From positions 7,098,522 through 7,162,521 of the forward strand of contig MU058781.1 of assembly GCA_013265495.1 (NCBI GenBank): 64,000 nt of DNA, read 5' to 3'. The notes under the pieces were generated by a model. That model saw only the letters and a program-made list of their open reading frames with translations, was not told the DNA's origin and did no database searches. Made by a program: the position numbers and the translations under genes. Below are positions 63,831-64,000 of this stretch, in pieces (the stretch's first letter is position 1; each line of letters begins with the position of its first letter). Source of the stretch: Vicugna vicugna. Taxonomy: Eukaryota.

Positions 63831-64000
63831 TCCCCTTGGGGAAAAGCTCCCCTCAAGGCTGCTGCACATGCTCTGAACTGTATAGCTCCAGAGAGGGAAA
63901 TATTAAAATGGCTTGAGCTGTGGCAGTGGCAAAATTGCAGAGTGCGAGGGGTGAGTGCAAGGAACCCTCTTCTGAAGTCCCCACCCACCCCAGGAGTGCC

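Overview
Mammalian nuclear DNA, very probably camelid (alpaca/llama/camel), judged from two vic-1-type tRNA-derived SINEs and cetartiodactyl-style L1 3' ends. The window is AT-rich, CpG-depleted and repeat-rich (L1, L2, CR1/L3, MIR, MaLR LTRs, hAT and Tigger DNA transposon fossils) and reads as a large intron or gene desert. No recognisable cellular protein-coding gene, structural RNA gene or CRISPR array is present, and the only ORF-track peptides I recognise are decayed L1 ORF2 pieces. Non-repeat DNA holds a small CpG-rich promoter-like patch with a 4x15-bp GC-box/ETS minisatellite (16.6 kb), two strong CTCF motifs in divergent orientation, several motif-dense enhancer-like blocks, and weakly supported exon candidates on both strands. 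The best-supported unusual items are retrotransposition footprints: a TSD-flanked orphan retrocopy/transduction at 41.9-42.2 kb, a SINE carrying read-through flank, and tail-to-tail inverted L1s. I found no convincing new biological system. Repeat family names are recognised by eye from remembered consensus sequences, and boundaries without a TSD are approximate.
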